A program made the translations under genes and the position numbers. The notes beneath the pieces were generated by a model that saw only the letters and a list, made by a program, of their open reading frames with translations, did not search any database and had not been told where the DNA came from. From positions 88,102,001 to 88,166,000 of the forward strand of contig OX597820.1 of NCBI GenBank assembly GCA_951406725.2: a stretch of DNA of 64,000 nucleotides, given 5' to 3'. Shown here piece by piece: positions 25,897 through 39,889 of the stretch. The stretch comes from Octopus vulgaris (Eukaryota). The number at the start of each line of letters is the position of its first letter. The stretch's first letter is position 1.

Positions 25897-26200
25897 CATC
25901 ATCGTTTAACATCCGTTTTCCATGCCAGCATGGGTTGGACGGTTCGACCGGGATCTGGGAGGCCAGGAGGCTGCACAGGCTCCAGTCTGATCTGGCAGTG
26001 TTCCAACAGCTGGATGCCCTTCCTATCGCCAACCAATCCGTGAGTGTAGTGGGTGCTTTTTATGTGCCACCGGCACAGGGGCCAGGGGAGGCTGGCAAAC
26101 GGTCACGATTGGTTGGTGCTTTTACGTGTCGCCGACACGGACGTTAGTCAGGCGGCGCTGGCATCTTCCACGTTCAGACAGTGCTTTTTATGTGCCACCA
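25897..26200 (-). mobile_element. Repeat family C (RTE-tail-like, (GAT)n tail)
   Basis: CATCATCGTTTAAC..TTCCATGC..GCATGGGTTGGACG; further copies near 27650-27935, 36436-36770, 39433-39730, 41900-42183, 49340-49595, 50995-51330, 51985-52467. Confidence 0.8.
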
Positions 26201-27330
26201 TTTCCATTTGATTCTTATTTTGATGTTGGTGTTGACATACTTGACTCAATAGATCTCCTCAAGAACAGTGGGTCACTCTACGATCCAAGGGTAGCACAAC
26301 AGGCCGTCCTGCGAGCATGAACTCATTTCATTTGTCGGGTCAAAAGTATCTGACTTTATTGTTCCTACTGAAAGTAATGCCGCATGGGCAAAATCCTTTG
26401 GGAGGAGTTCAAATTCCACCAAGGTTGGGGGTCAATAAAAATAAGTGTACTGGGGTTGATGTAATTGACTTAGTCCCTACTCTGAAATTGCTGGCCAAAA
26501 TTTGAAACCATTATCACAAACAATAATTATCAATTTTAACAATAAGGGAGCTTTTACATAGCCAATCGATCTGCTAGAAATAGCAACCAAAACTCCTTCA
26601 ACTCACACCTTACTGACTTTAAACAGAATCAAGGACACATTGTATAATGCTAAACCAGATATATTATATTCAAATGAAAGATCATAAATCTGCTTAATCT
26701 AGATTGACTTGGAGCTGCACAACAACAAAAACAATGCCTCATTTTTATTTTCAGTTACAAATACAGTCCTTCAACTCAAACTCTTCACTTACTGATGTAA
26801 TTTCTACCAAAATTTTTCAGTGAAAGATGCAGTCCTCCCAAAAATATTTGCTTAAGTTAGAATTCTCCTTCCTCAACTTTCTTCATTTGCAGATACAGTC
26901 CCCCACCACCAAATTCTTCCCATGGAAGTGCAGTTTTCACCTCCAAATTTTTTACTTAAAAGAGAATTGTTACAAAACTAATTTAATCTGTTCTGCTATA
27001 GGTACAAAACCTAAAATGTTGGATGAGGAGACTAATCAATTTCATTGACCCGCCACAGTATTTGACAGGTACTTATTTTATTGATCCAGGAAGGATGATA
27101 AATAAAGTTGACCTTGGAGGAATTTGAACTCAGAATGTATAGTTGGAAGAAATGCTACTAAGTGTAACTGTGGCTGTGTGGTAAGAAGCTTGCTTCCCAA
27201 CCACATGGTTCCACGTTCAGTCCTACTGCATAGAACCTTGGGTAACTGTCTTCTACAGTAGTCTCAGGCTGACCAAAGCCTTTTGAGTGGATTTGGTGAA
27301 CAGAAACTGAAAGAAGCCTGTCATGTATAT

Positions 27331-27372
<42 letters not shown>

Positions 27373-27943
27373 TGTGTGTGTGTGAGTGTCTGTTTGTCCC
27401 CCATCACTGCTTGACAACCAGTGTTGGTGTGTTTATATCTCCATAACTAAGCAGTCTGGCAAAAAGTGATTGATAGAATAAGTACCAGGCTTAAAAAAAA
27501 AAGGTACGGGGGTCGATCTGTTCAACTAAAAGTTCTTCAAGGCAGTGCCATAGTCTAATGGTTGAAACAGATAAAAGAAGCATTTTGTCCAGCTTGCTGC
27601 TGATTCTGCCGACTCACTGCCTACAAAACTAATATCATTAACAAATGACCGAGACCTTTGGTGATATACCATGCTTGAGTAAAAGACCCATCATGCGAAG
27701 TGAAATCGTAGACATGGCAGATACTGGTGTCACACAACTGGCACCCATGCTGGTGGCACGTAAAAGCACCCATTACACTCTCGGACTAGTTGGTGTTAGG
27801 AAGGGCATCCAACCATAGAAACCATGCCAAATCAAACTGGAGTCTGGTGCAGCCCCTCAGCTTAACAGCCCTGGTCGAACTGTCCAGCCCATGGCAGCAT
27901 GAACAACAGACATTAAATGAGGATGATGATGATGAATGAATGA

Positions 27944-27949
27944 TTTAAT
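27944..27949 (-). promoter_or_regulatory. Candidate IFT81 polyadenylation signal (ATTAAA)
   Basis: ATTAAA about 430 nt after the stop, at the end of unique AT-rich sequence and just before repeats resume. Confidence 0.3.
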
Positions 27950-28380
27950 TCTATTTGTAATGAAGTGTCTTAAGACTATATTGTCATTCGGAGTTAAATT
28001 ACATAAAATATACATTTGCATATGCATAAACATGAAAACATTTTATATACTGAAGTGTGAGTATGTTACATAAATGGTCTTGTAGTGGAAGGAAATTTTG
28101 ATGGTGAATGACCCAAATTCTAGGCAAAAACTGCACAAGTAGTGTATCAGATCAGCTTGCACTCTTTGGTTCTCTTGCACTCTTTAGCTCCAAGATTATT
28201 ATCAAACCAATACTAAATATGTTCCAAAGCTACCAAAATACATTGGTACATTAAATTTCTCCACTTTTCATGCTGTGTAGGTGTACAGAAAAAAAAATAT
28301 AATCTATTTATAACAATAACAAATTGGACGGAATATCAGGTATTGTTTAACTATGTTCTTCTAAGTTCTCTTTCAGCTCC

Positions 28381-28627
28381 TTACAAAACTAGTCTGTCTT
28401 CTTCTAGAAGAGCTGTATCCCAAGCAGGATTCATTGCTTTAGAACCACTGTGGTTTAGAGATGCTTGCTCAAAGCATTGTTTCTTACACTCCATGATGCG
28501 AAGAAAATCTTTCCATACTTTCATCTGTTTCAAATTGGGAGTGTAGTTATCTTGGAGGAATTTCTTCTTTTCACGCAGCTTTTTACCCATGTTTTCCTGT
28601 TCTTTGATTTTCCTTTGGTAAATTTCT
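28381..28627 (-). CDS. IFT81: IFT81 last coding exon
   Basis: [52 protein letters not shown]...EEDRLVL*; conserved MECKKQCF and EDRLVL terminus. Confidence 0.96.
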
Positions 28628-29735
28628 CTGAAATGGCAAATGGAAAATTCATGAAAGATGCCATGCCCTATCAAATACAACACAAAACTATATTTATTAT
28701 TCATTATCAACACAACCATCTACAAATACAGAAACTATACACTAACTTGCTAGAATTAGCAGTCAAATTTCCTGTCAATTCAACTGACAACCCTCTCACA
28801 GTGAAGCTAAAAACCTGTCAACCCAAAACTACTAGTCAATCCCATCAAATAACCCTGTCAACTCTGCTATCTATCAGTCAACCCATCCTTCAACCCAATG
28901 ACAATCCTGTCACCCCAGCTATCTACCAATCCTGCCAACCCAGCTATCTGTCAATCTACCTATCTGCCAACACCTGTCAACTCAGCTACTAACTAACTTT
29001 GTTAATCTAGCTATTTGCCAACCTTGTCAACCCAGCTACTTACCAACCCAGTTGTCTACCAGCCCTGTTCACCCAGCTGTCTATCACTTAGCTATTTCTC
29101 ACTGTTCAGGAATACTATAATTTACCTCAATGTTTTCTTTTTGTCCTGTGCATCTAATGATTTGTAAGCTTGAATTTCCTCAGACACTCTCTGCTTCTGT
29201 GCTTTGATTATAGCAATCTTTTGACTGAACAAATGGTACCTTGTCTCTTCCACATTGCTCTCATCTCGGTATGCTTGCACTTCCTACATGAAATAGTTCA
29301 GACATAGACATAATAGTATTGTGTTAAAGAATCAAAGCTTCAGTGAAGCCAATTTCAGCTGCTACTTTAAAAAATAAAACCACAAAAGAAAAACAATACA
29401 GGTTAAAAAAAATAAACAAATTTTTTATTGTTGCTCAACCGGATAGAAATAGCAACTAAATCTCCCTCAAATCGTACTCTATAGTTTAAAAAAAGGAAGG
29501 ACACATTTGAAAATGTAGTGCTAAATAATACATATGTAAAAAAGATAAACAAAAATATGTAAAAAAAAGATAAACAAAAGGCGTAGGAGTGGCTGTGTGG
29601 TAAGTAGCTTGCTTACGAACCACATGGTTCCAGGTTCAGTCCTACTGCATGGCACTTTGGGCATCTACTATAGCCTTGGGCTGACCAAAGCCCTGTGAGT
29701 CGATTTGGTAGACGGAAACTGAAAGAAGCCTGTCG

Positions 29736-29778
<43 letters not shown>

Positions 29779-32700
29779 TTGTTTGTTTGTGTGTCTGTGT
29801 TTGTCCCCCCAACATCGCTTGACAACCGATGCTGGTGTGCTTACATCCCTGTAACTTAGCGGTTCAGCAAAAGGGCTGACAAAGAATAAGTCCTGGGGTC
29901 GATTTGTTCGACTAAAGGCAGTGCTCCAGCATGGCCACAGTCAAATGACTGAAACAAGTAAAAGAGTAGAAGAGTAAAAAAAAAGATGGATGGTCACACT
30001 TGAAATACAATTATCTCCTCATCATTTGCTGCTATTTTCCTCTGTGGCATAGTCTGAGGTTGCTGGAGTGAAGTCCTGATCAGTCTGGGCCTGCTGATGT
30101 GCCCTCCTTTCAAGGGTGACTGCCATCTACTACCTCTGATCTGAATCTATATTATTAGACACACATTATGTTAGTTTTACCAACCATACTTTTCTGTGCT
30201 GGCTTAGGACATGCTGGAAGAGGGTAATAATTTTGGAGTTTTTCTTCTCCTAGACTGATTGCATTCACCACAGCTAAGGAGCTCAATCTGTTGTTGTTTT
30301 GTTCCTTCTCGAGCCATGCTTGGCTCATAAGGGCTGGTTTCCTGGTTTCCTTGGCATATAGGTTCCTCACCTGAACGAGATGCTGCTTTGTCGCAGGTGA
30401 GCTGCAAGATGTAGGAGGAAAGAGTGAGAGAAAGTTGTGGTGAAAGAGTCAGCAGAAGTTTGCCATTACCTTCTGCTGGAGCCACGTGGAGCTTAAGTGT
30501 TTCACTCATAAACACACACATCACCCGGTCTGAGATTCGAACCTGCACTCCCTCGACCACGAGTCTGCTGCTCTAACCATGTGCCTACCCTTACAAAAAT
30601 TTATTTAACCCATAATAAGTATTACAATCATCTCACAGGCCTGCTTCATTAAGACAGACCAAGGGTTAAGCAAAAACAATGATTCTATCTGTCTACACTA
30701 AGACATTCCATTATATGAATAAACCATACATTATTTCTAATATCATGGCTGTTAAAATTTTAAACAACACAATTTGGACATACTTGGCTTCGAACCCATT
30801 CTGAATATTTTTCAAGAAATTATGATATAACATTTTTGGAAGAGCTATTTAATGGAGAAAGGAAACTATAAGACAACTTCAAATAGACACTAATGGAGTG
30901 AGGGGTAGAGCAGTAGGAGAAGACTGAAATATGTAGAGAAAGGAAAGGGAAAAACAATAAACAGTGAAGTAGTGGGAGGTAAAAAAAAAAACATAAGCAT
31001 CAGAAGGATGAATTAAAGGGAAGTGGGGAACGATAAACAGTAAAGTAGTAGGAGGTAAAAGGGAGAGTAACAGTAGAAAGATGAGAGAGGAAAGGAAGGA
31101 GAGAAGAAAGACAAAAATCAAAGCAATAAGAAGACTAAGCAAATAAGGAGTAAACTGAATGTAAATGTAGATTAGACTAATTTTTCTTCCAACACTCGTT
31201 AAAGATTTACTCATTTCAAATTACCTTAACATACCTTAATTTTCAATTTCTAACCACAATGCTGACATGGAATTATGTTGCTTTCATAACAGGGTACTCC
31301 TCTCATGTCTCTTTCCTTCTTTGGTAGAGCTCAGAAGTCTTATCAACACTTTATATTTTGACATGGATTTATGAGATTTTAATAACACAGTACCCACCTC
31401 AATTCCGTTTCCTTTTCTTGCTGGATTTTGTAGTCTCATTTCAACCCATTTTATTTTGATATGAAATTATGTTAGTTTGATAACAGGGTGTCCACCTCCT
31501 TCACTTTCTATCATTGGTTGAATTAAGAGGCTTATCTATCTTTTAATATTTTGTTATGAAATTATGTTTGCTTTAATAACAGGGTACCTGCTCCTTTTCT
31601 CTTTTTTGATAGGATTATATCTACCTATTTCTTTATTATCCACAAGGAGCTAAACACAGAGGGGACAAACAAGGACAGACATAGTTATTAAGTCGATTAT
31701 ATCGACCCCAGTGCGTAACTGGTACTTATTTAATCGACCCCAAAAGGATGAAAGGCAAAGTCAACCTTGGCGGAATTATATCTACCCTCCCACTGTAAGA
31801 TGAATGGCAGATGAGTGAAGAAAACATAGGGCTATGAAATCTCTTTACTTCTGTCTTGTGAAGGATTTACCAAACTCTTGAGTTGGTACCATGAGAAAAT
31901 GCACCCAGAACACACTGTAAAGTGGCTGGCAACAGGAAGGGTGTCCAATCATAGCTACCAAGCCAAAGCGATACATAGAAACATCAGTGAATGAAAGCAG
32001 TGACTCCCAATAAGGACTAGGATCATGATGAAGCATTCAAACCATGCCAACATGCAAAGTGGATGTAAAATGATGATTGATGATGATAACATGACGTTTA
32101 AAACTGATTTTATCCAGGGAGAACCTATTAAAAAATGTTAATTTCCATTAGGATTATTCAATGAGAATAAACTAGAAAGAGATAACTAAATGACCCCACC
32201 CACCACCACCTTGCAGAAATATGATTCTGTACGTATGAAATACAATGGTTATAAAGATTGTTATAATGTGGTGGACTACATCTCACATAAGTTTTATAAC
32301 GTTTATCATATAGTGCCTCAGATCCAGGTACATAACTCTACTTCCTCCAATCTCTATTAACTACATTGTCTAAACATTTTCATCAACTGATCTTATTAAG
32401 GTTATCTCTGACTGAGGGCTGGCGAACCAGATGGCTGCACCAGGCTTCAATCTTGATCTAGCTGTAGAAACTCTGCCAGATCAAGATTGAAGCCTGGTGC
32501 AGCCATCTGGTTCGCCAGCCCTCAGTCAGACGTCCAACCCATGCTAGTATGGAAAGCGGACATTAAACGATGATGCTGATGATGATGATCTCCTCTGCTT
32601 GTAGATATTTAGATTTTAAAACTTTTGTAGGAGTTTTTGCTAACTAATTGCTTGAATAATCTTAATCAAAATGTTCTGCTTATTATTCATATATGACATA

Positions 32701-33378
32701 TGTGAACCTTATTAAATTTGCTCCAGTTTGGTTTAAAATGAAGTAAAAACAGCATCCATGAGAAAATAGGTTCTTTAAAAAAAATAAATATCTAAAAAAA
32801 ATATAAACTTACTTTTTCAAGCTGAGATCTCTGAGTTTCCAGGTTAGCTGATTGCATATTATAAGAAGATTTCTTTTCTTCATATTCTTGTGTCAAGTTC
32901 TAAAGAATAGAATATGTCACATTCAAATAGACATATAAGATATATATATACTTTCACACACATGCATAGACACACACATTTAGCAGATCTTTCAAGCATG
33001 GAAGTGTTGGTTTCAAGATGGAAAACTGCCAGGAGTGGACAAGATTCCAGTAGAAATCTAGAAAAATAGGAGACAAACTCATTAAATGTCTTCAACAACT
33101 GATGGTGGAATTATGGGATGGTAGTTGATGTTCTACAGAAATGAAAAGTGGTTTGCACTGTCCTCGTATCCCACCAAAAGAAAAAAAAAAAAAACGTAAT
33201 AGGAGTGAATGATGAAAATATAGAATTTCTCTAAATGTTATAACCAGGAACATCCCTTGCATGATTGTCACTCGACAGATTGAGTAAGAAAATCAAAGTA
33301 GTTCTACCTGAAACATGATGTGGCCTCAAAAAGGAAAGGAGTACCAGGAATATGGTGTTCTGGTGTTCTTCATATGTA

Positions 33379-33427
<49 letters not shown>

Positions 33428-33894
33428 ATAGCTGTCCCCCCTGTTTCCAGACAATTAGACTTAGCGACATGTCAACTTTAGTGAATTCTCAGTTTCTGAG
33501 AGTATCTCTATTTCACATTTGGAGAAGGTTGCAGTTGCCACAAAGTATTTATTTAATCCTCTTTCAAAGGGAAGATAACTTCAAGAATTTATCTTGTACA
33601 TTATTTGATAGACCTTTATTTGTCCATATTCATAACACTGGTCACTAAGAGTTTCTTCATTTGGCTCATTTGTGTGTGTGTGTGTGTGTACACAAACGTA
33701 CACACACACATATATATATAAAAAGATAAATCTGTATTTAGTAAAATCTAAGTGTTTTCCTTATGTAGCTCTTGGCTATGTGCAGATTAAGACTAGTATT
33801 TAACGTTGCGATTTCATATAAATATAGCCCTAGAGTCAAAAGTCATTAACTAGCAGACACAAAATGAAGAACTATGTGTGTGTATGTATGTGTG

Positions 33895-33926
<32 letters not shown>

Positions 33927-34564
33927 ACCGTGACCGCCCAGGCTATCAGATGTTGCTACACATCGCTGGTCACAACACGTTTCACATTATTTTAGCCTTC
34001 AAATGATGCTACCCCGCTGGCTAAGTGAGCAGGCCAACAGAAGAAAGAGTAAGTGAAAGTTGTGGTGAATGAGTACAGCAGGGATTGCTGGAGCCTTGCG
34101 GATTTTTAGGTGTTTTCGTTCAATATACACTCACAACCCCTGGTCTGGGAATCGAAACTGCGATCCTACGGCCGCAAGTCCGCTGCCCTAACCACTGAAC
34201 CATTGCGCCTCCACACACACACACACACATATATATATTTATTCTAAATGCTATATAATGTAAAGGAGCTTCTACTAACCTTACATTCCTCCCGAAGAGA
34301 CCTTAAGTTTTCAATGACAGGGGCCAGAGTTTCCTTTTTCTCTCCAATTTTCCCAGTCAGTACATGTATCATGTGAGACATGTCTTCTAACTGCTTGTCC
34401 TTCATCTCATCAAATTCACTTTTCAAAGTAGAAACTTTTTCAAGTTCTTCTTGGGTTTTCCAATAGCCAGAGACTCCCTTATTTGCCTCCAGATGTGTCT
34501 AGGTGATAGAGATATATCAGTTTCATGTATGTATATATACATCATCATCATCATCATCATCATC

Positions 34565-34601
<37 letters not shown>

Positions 34602-37262
34602 AAATGATTCAAAACTCACCATACATAGGAAAAGTTTATTTTTTTATAAGAAACAGTTAAATAAAAAAAAAACTGCTTTTTATAAAAAAAATAAATTGTT
34701 TTTATGTATGGCGACTTTTGAATCACCCTGTATATAGTAACACAAATATATTGGATTCATTCACATGTATAAACATTAGAAAAAAAAGAGATGACAAAGG
34801 AATAAATGATAATATTATTGACTTCATTAGCTTACATCTGTTTCTGCTATAAAATATGGTGGGCTCATAGTTGAATGCCTGAGTAACACCTTATTGCTTC
34901 ATCAGAGTCTCAAATATTAAGTGCAATTTATTTGGGAAAACAATTACTTTTATGCATATATACAGGTAAGGCTACAGTAGAAGACACTTGCTGAAGGTGC
35001 CATGCAGTGGGAGTGAACACAGAATCATGTGAATGGGAAGTAATCTTCTTACCACACAGCCATGAACACAGTTCAATGATTGAAAAGAATTTAAGAAAAA
35101 TAATTTCTAAAATCAGCTGACTAAATTTTAAAAATATTTTTAGAAGTTTAGCCAAGAGGAAGTGATTGTACCCTTGACCTTCACAAGCCATCTGCGATTG
35201 TTGAAGGTGCTGTTCTCATTACCTCTGTAAGTCCTCTGACACTGGTCACTTGATATTGTTGTTGATACCCATTTTGATTAACTTGCAATATGGTGTCTTC
35301 TGGAAAAACTTGGAAAGGGAATTTCAAAGACTTAACATTCAGGGGAGGATGGATTGAGCATGGTGATTGGTACAGGAGCAGTGAGTATTTATTGCTGTTG
35401 TTGAAAGCAACTAGGTTAGGATGCTTTCAAGGTACAGAGAAATCTTGATTGAGGAGTGACTGAAAGAAGGATCCTGTAAAGTCGGTACCGATTCTGTTGA
35501 CAAGATATCACACGAACAGCAGCAGTTTTGGGATAAGAGAGGTTGTAGGTTGTGTGATGCACAAAAACCTCTTTCTATTTGGTAGAGGTAGGTGATAATA
35601 TTGGTTTCAAATTTTGGCACAAGGCCAGGAATTTCAGAGGTAGGAATAAGTCAATTACATCAATCCCAGTCCTCAACTGGTACTTATTTTATCAAGCCTG
35701 AAAGGATGAAAGGCAAAGAGAGCCTTGGCAGAATTTGAACTCAGAATGCAAAGATGAATGAAATGCCACTAAGCATTTTGCCTGGCATGCTAACATTTCT
35801 GCTGGCTCAACACCCTTGATAATGATTCTACAGGCTCACTAATCTTGCTAAAAATTCTGCAGGCTCACCACCCTGAGATGGGTGATAATATTACAAGACC
35901 TGTAATGCTTAGCAGTATTTTGTCTGTTAATACATCCTGAGTTCAAATTCTGCCAAGGTCGACTTTGCCTTCATCCTTTCGGAGTTGATAAATTATGTAC
36001 CAGTTGTGTAATTGATTAGCTCCCTACCCAAAAAATTCGGGCCTTGTGCCTAGAGTAGAAAAGAATACTACAAAACATGTAATAAGGACTCTCCTACTGC
36101 CAGATTCCTCTATCCTCATAAACTAAAACATAATAATGATTTCTAGAACATTTTTCTAAAAGATTTCTAATGTAAACACAAAGCTACAGATATGAGTGGA
36201 GGGTATGGTCTATTAGAGCATCTCCAACTCTTGACTAGGACTTTATATTACTGACCTCAGAAGGATAAAAAGTAAAGTCAGTCTTGACAGTTTGAACTCA
36301 GTAATTAGCATGCCAGGTGAAATGCTTAGCAGCATTTCATCTGCCGTTACGTTCAGAGTTCAAATTCTGCCGAGGTCAACTTTGCCTTTCATCCTTTCAG
36401 GGTCGATAAATTAAGTACCAGTTGTCAGTTGTCTCATCATCATCATCATTTAACGTCCGTTCTCCATGCTAGCATGGGTTGGATGGTTCGACCGGGGATC
36501 TGGGAAGCCAGAAGGCTGTACCAGGCTCCAGTCTTATCTGGCAATGTTTCTACAGCTGGATGCCCTTCCTAACGCCAACCACTCCGTGAGTGTAGTGGGT
36601 GCTTTTTACGTGCCACCTGCACTGGTGCCAGGCGAGGCTGGCATCGGCCACGGTTGGATTGGTGCATTTTACGTGCTACCTGCATGGAAGCCAGTCGAGG
36701 CGGCACTGGCTTCGGCCACGATTCGGACGGTGCTTTTTACGTGCCACCGACACGGAAGCCAGTCGAGGCGCTCCCCCAAAATTTAGGCCTTGAGCCTAGA
36801 GTAGAAAAGTAGGAAAGAAATGTGTGTATGCTACAAATAGTAGTCACTGCATGTTGTATATACACATTTCTAAGCATTATATGTACTCTGTTGCCTAGCA
36901 TCAGTAGATACATGAGCTGACAGTAGCCAATGTACTACAAAATTCTACACAGCTCTAACACTGAAGAAATAAAGATAGAAGAGACAGCATAGAACATAAT
37001 GGGCACAGCTTTTATGTTTGGATTCAGATATTTTGATGGGCAGGGGACTGGTAGTGGCGTGGGTGTTACATCCATCTGTACACAGATTTTTTTTTTTGGT
37101 CTTTATTTCCCATAGAAATATCAACTTAAAAAAGAAAAGAAAAAATTCAAGTGACATTATGATAAACTGTTTGTTAGCCACAACCACAACAATGATAACA
37201 ATAATAACAGACTTTGAAATGTGATTAAGTCAATAAAAATGAATGAATGAATAAATGAATGA

Positions 37263-37306
<44 letters not shown>

Positions 37307-39845
37307 TTATTTATGTCTGTGTTTGCCCTCCACCACTACTTGACAACTGGTGTTGGTGTGTTTACATCCCTGTAACTTAACAGTTCAGTAAAAGAGACTG
37401 ATAGAATAAATTCCAAGCTTAACAGAAAGTACTGGGATCAATTCATTTGACTAAAATCCTTCAAGGTAGTAGCCCAGTTTGGCCACCGTCTAATGCCTGA
37501 AGCAAGTCAAAAGATAAAAAAGACAGAAGAAATACAACTACAGTATATCAGAATGTTTGTAGTAAAACAACAGAAGGCATTGAGTCCCTAATTAAATGAA
37601 ACGAGTGAATAACTTTAGAAGTAACTTACCAATTGTTCATTGCTGAGACCAAGTTTATGAGAGAGGATCTCCTCTGTGCGAGAAAGGACACCATGCTCAA
37701 CTTTGATCTCTTCTAGTTCAAATTTCTTCTTTTTATGCAAATTGCTTTTGGATCTGAGCTTGTTAACAAACATCATGTACTAGAAAAGATAGCAGTATCC
37801 AAACATTATATAAGCTACAAGATAGTGATACTTGAAACATGTATTGTGAGAGATAATAATACTGAAACATTATGTACCGTAACAGATAGTAATTCTCAAG
37901 AATTAAAGTATAAAAACAGCAATACTATAATGGATAGAATATTTAATACTATGTATTTCAAAAGAAAGTAATACTGTAACCATATGTACTATAAAAGATT
38001 GCAATATACAAACATTACAATAATATAATAATGAAATTATTGTATACAGTGCTCAGGTGCACCACAACTTGTCAGTAAGTGTGTATAAAGTATATGCAGT
38101 AATGTACAAATGTTTGGGAAGTGAACAGTGTATGAGTCAGATATGCGCTTGCGTGTGTATGGAGGTGAGAAAATCAGGTGTAGTGTTGGTGAATCTCAGG
38201 AAGCACGGAAGTTTTGAAGTTTTGAAGGATGCAATGCTCCGACAACTGACAACTGATGCTGGCAGTTTGTTCCATGCTTCAGCAACTCTTAGCGTGAAAA
38301 AATGTTTCCGAAAGTCATGGGAGCTGTGCTGTTTTCTGACTTTGTAAACATGTCCACGGGTGTTAGACAGGTGGAGTTTGAAAAGGTGCTCAGAGTTATT
38401 GTTAGTAAGATGGTTAATAATTTTATGGGTGTCTGCCAAGTCAGCTGCCAGACGTCGGAGTTTCAATGTATCCATGCCCAGGGAAGTAAGGCGCTCAGAA
38501 TATGGCAAATGCCTGATGGAGGGTATTCTCTTGGTTGCATGTCACTGAATGGTTTCCAGATGGTTAATATCCTGGGCAAGAGAGGGGTTCCAGACCAGTG
38601 ATGCAAATTCCAGGTGAGGCTGCACCAAACAAAATTATAATTTTATTTTGTCTTTGGCCAGCAAGTGTTATCTCCTATTTTCTTCTATCTAGAAAGCATA
38701 GGGAATGACAACTATTTACTTCTGTGACCTGGACATCATCGTTTTGAAACTGATTTATTTTCCATTATACTTCAGCCATATTCAGGGCAAATATTCTGCC
38801 CAATGCCACAGATTTATTTGACCTTAACTAGCTGAGCATTTCCTTTAGGGGCTGACAGTATGGGCATCTCTGGCCATGAGCAGGAGTAGTCGGGGAACAT
38901 CATAGCCATGTGTTGAGGGATTCTTTTGGGGTTTGAATAAATGTAACAAAAGCAAAGTTTGAAGGAAATATTAGCCATTTTTCATACTTTCTAGGGGTAA
39001 GCAAATAGGAAATAACAGTTGCTACCCAAGGACAAAAATTGACACAGTGTTATGTACTGGAAAAAATTGTACTGGAAAAAATTGCAATATTCCAATATTG
39101 GGTACTCTAAAAGACAACATTACCCAAAGCATTATGTACTGTAAAAGATAGCTATACTCAAACATTGTGTATAGTAAAGAAAATTGACAATAAAAATATA
39201 ATGTTGTATTAAAGTACATGTTTGAGTATTGCTGCACTTAAAACATTATATATTATAAATGAGAGCAATACTCAACGAACAACATCCTTCTGTTTGAAAA
39301 AGAAGAGTGAGGAAGCAAGGAAAAAAAGGAAAAGGGAACAGAGAGAAAAGAGGAGGGGAGGTGGAAAGAAAGAAAAAGAAAAACAGAGAAAAGGGAGATA
39401 ATGACATATAGATGTAAAAAAGGAGAGATAATCATCATCATCATCATCATTTAGCATCCACTTTCCATGCTAGCATGGGTTGGACGGTTCAACTGGGGTC
39501 TGTGAAGCCAGAAGGCTGCATCAGGCCCAGTCTGATCTGGCAGTGTTTCTACGGCTGGATGCCCTTCCTAATGCCAACCACTGCGTGAGTGTAGTGGGTG
39601 CTTTTTACGTGCCACCCGCACAGGTGCCAGACGGAGCTGGCAAACGGCCACGAACAGATGGTGCTTTTACATGCCACCGGCATGGGGGGCCAGGCGAGGC
39701 TGGCAACGGACACGAACGGATGGTGCTTGGAGATAATAATATGTAGATGTAAAAAAAAAATGATGAAAGGAAAGGGAGAGAAATGAAACAGATATATAGA
39801 CACTAAAAAAAAAAGAGAAAGAAAATGACAAAAAAAGAGGCAAAC

Positions 39846-39889
<44 letters not shown>

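Noticed and set aside
25030-26990. Possible small plus-strand gene (ATG at 25082, donor-like 25462, acceptor-like ~26755)
   Set aside because: Frames close within ~25 codons, a SINE interrupts it and there is no recognisable homology
28465-28992. 175-aa plus-strand ORF
   Set aside because: Antisense to the IFT81 last exon plus an intronic minisatellite; no recognisable protein
36590-36770. CRISPR-like repeat-spacer pattern (also at 26050, 39600, 52080)
   Set aside because: Internal repeats of a dispersed retroposon; spacers are related to each other, there are no cas genes and the context is eukaryotic
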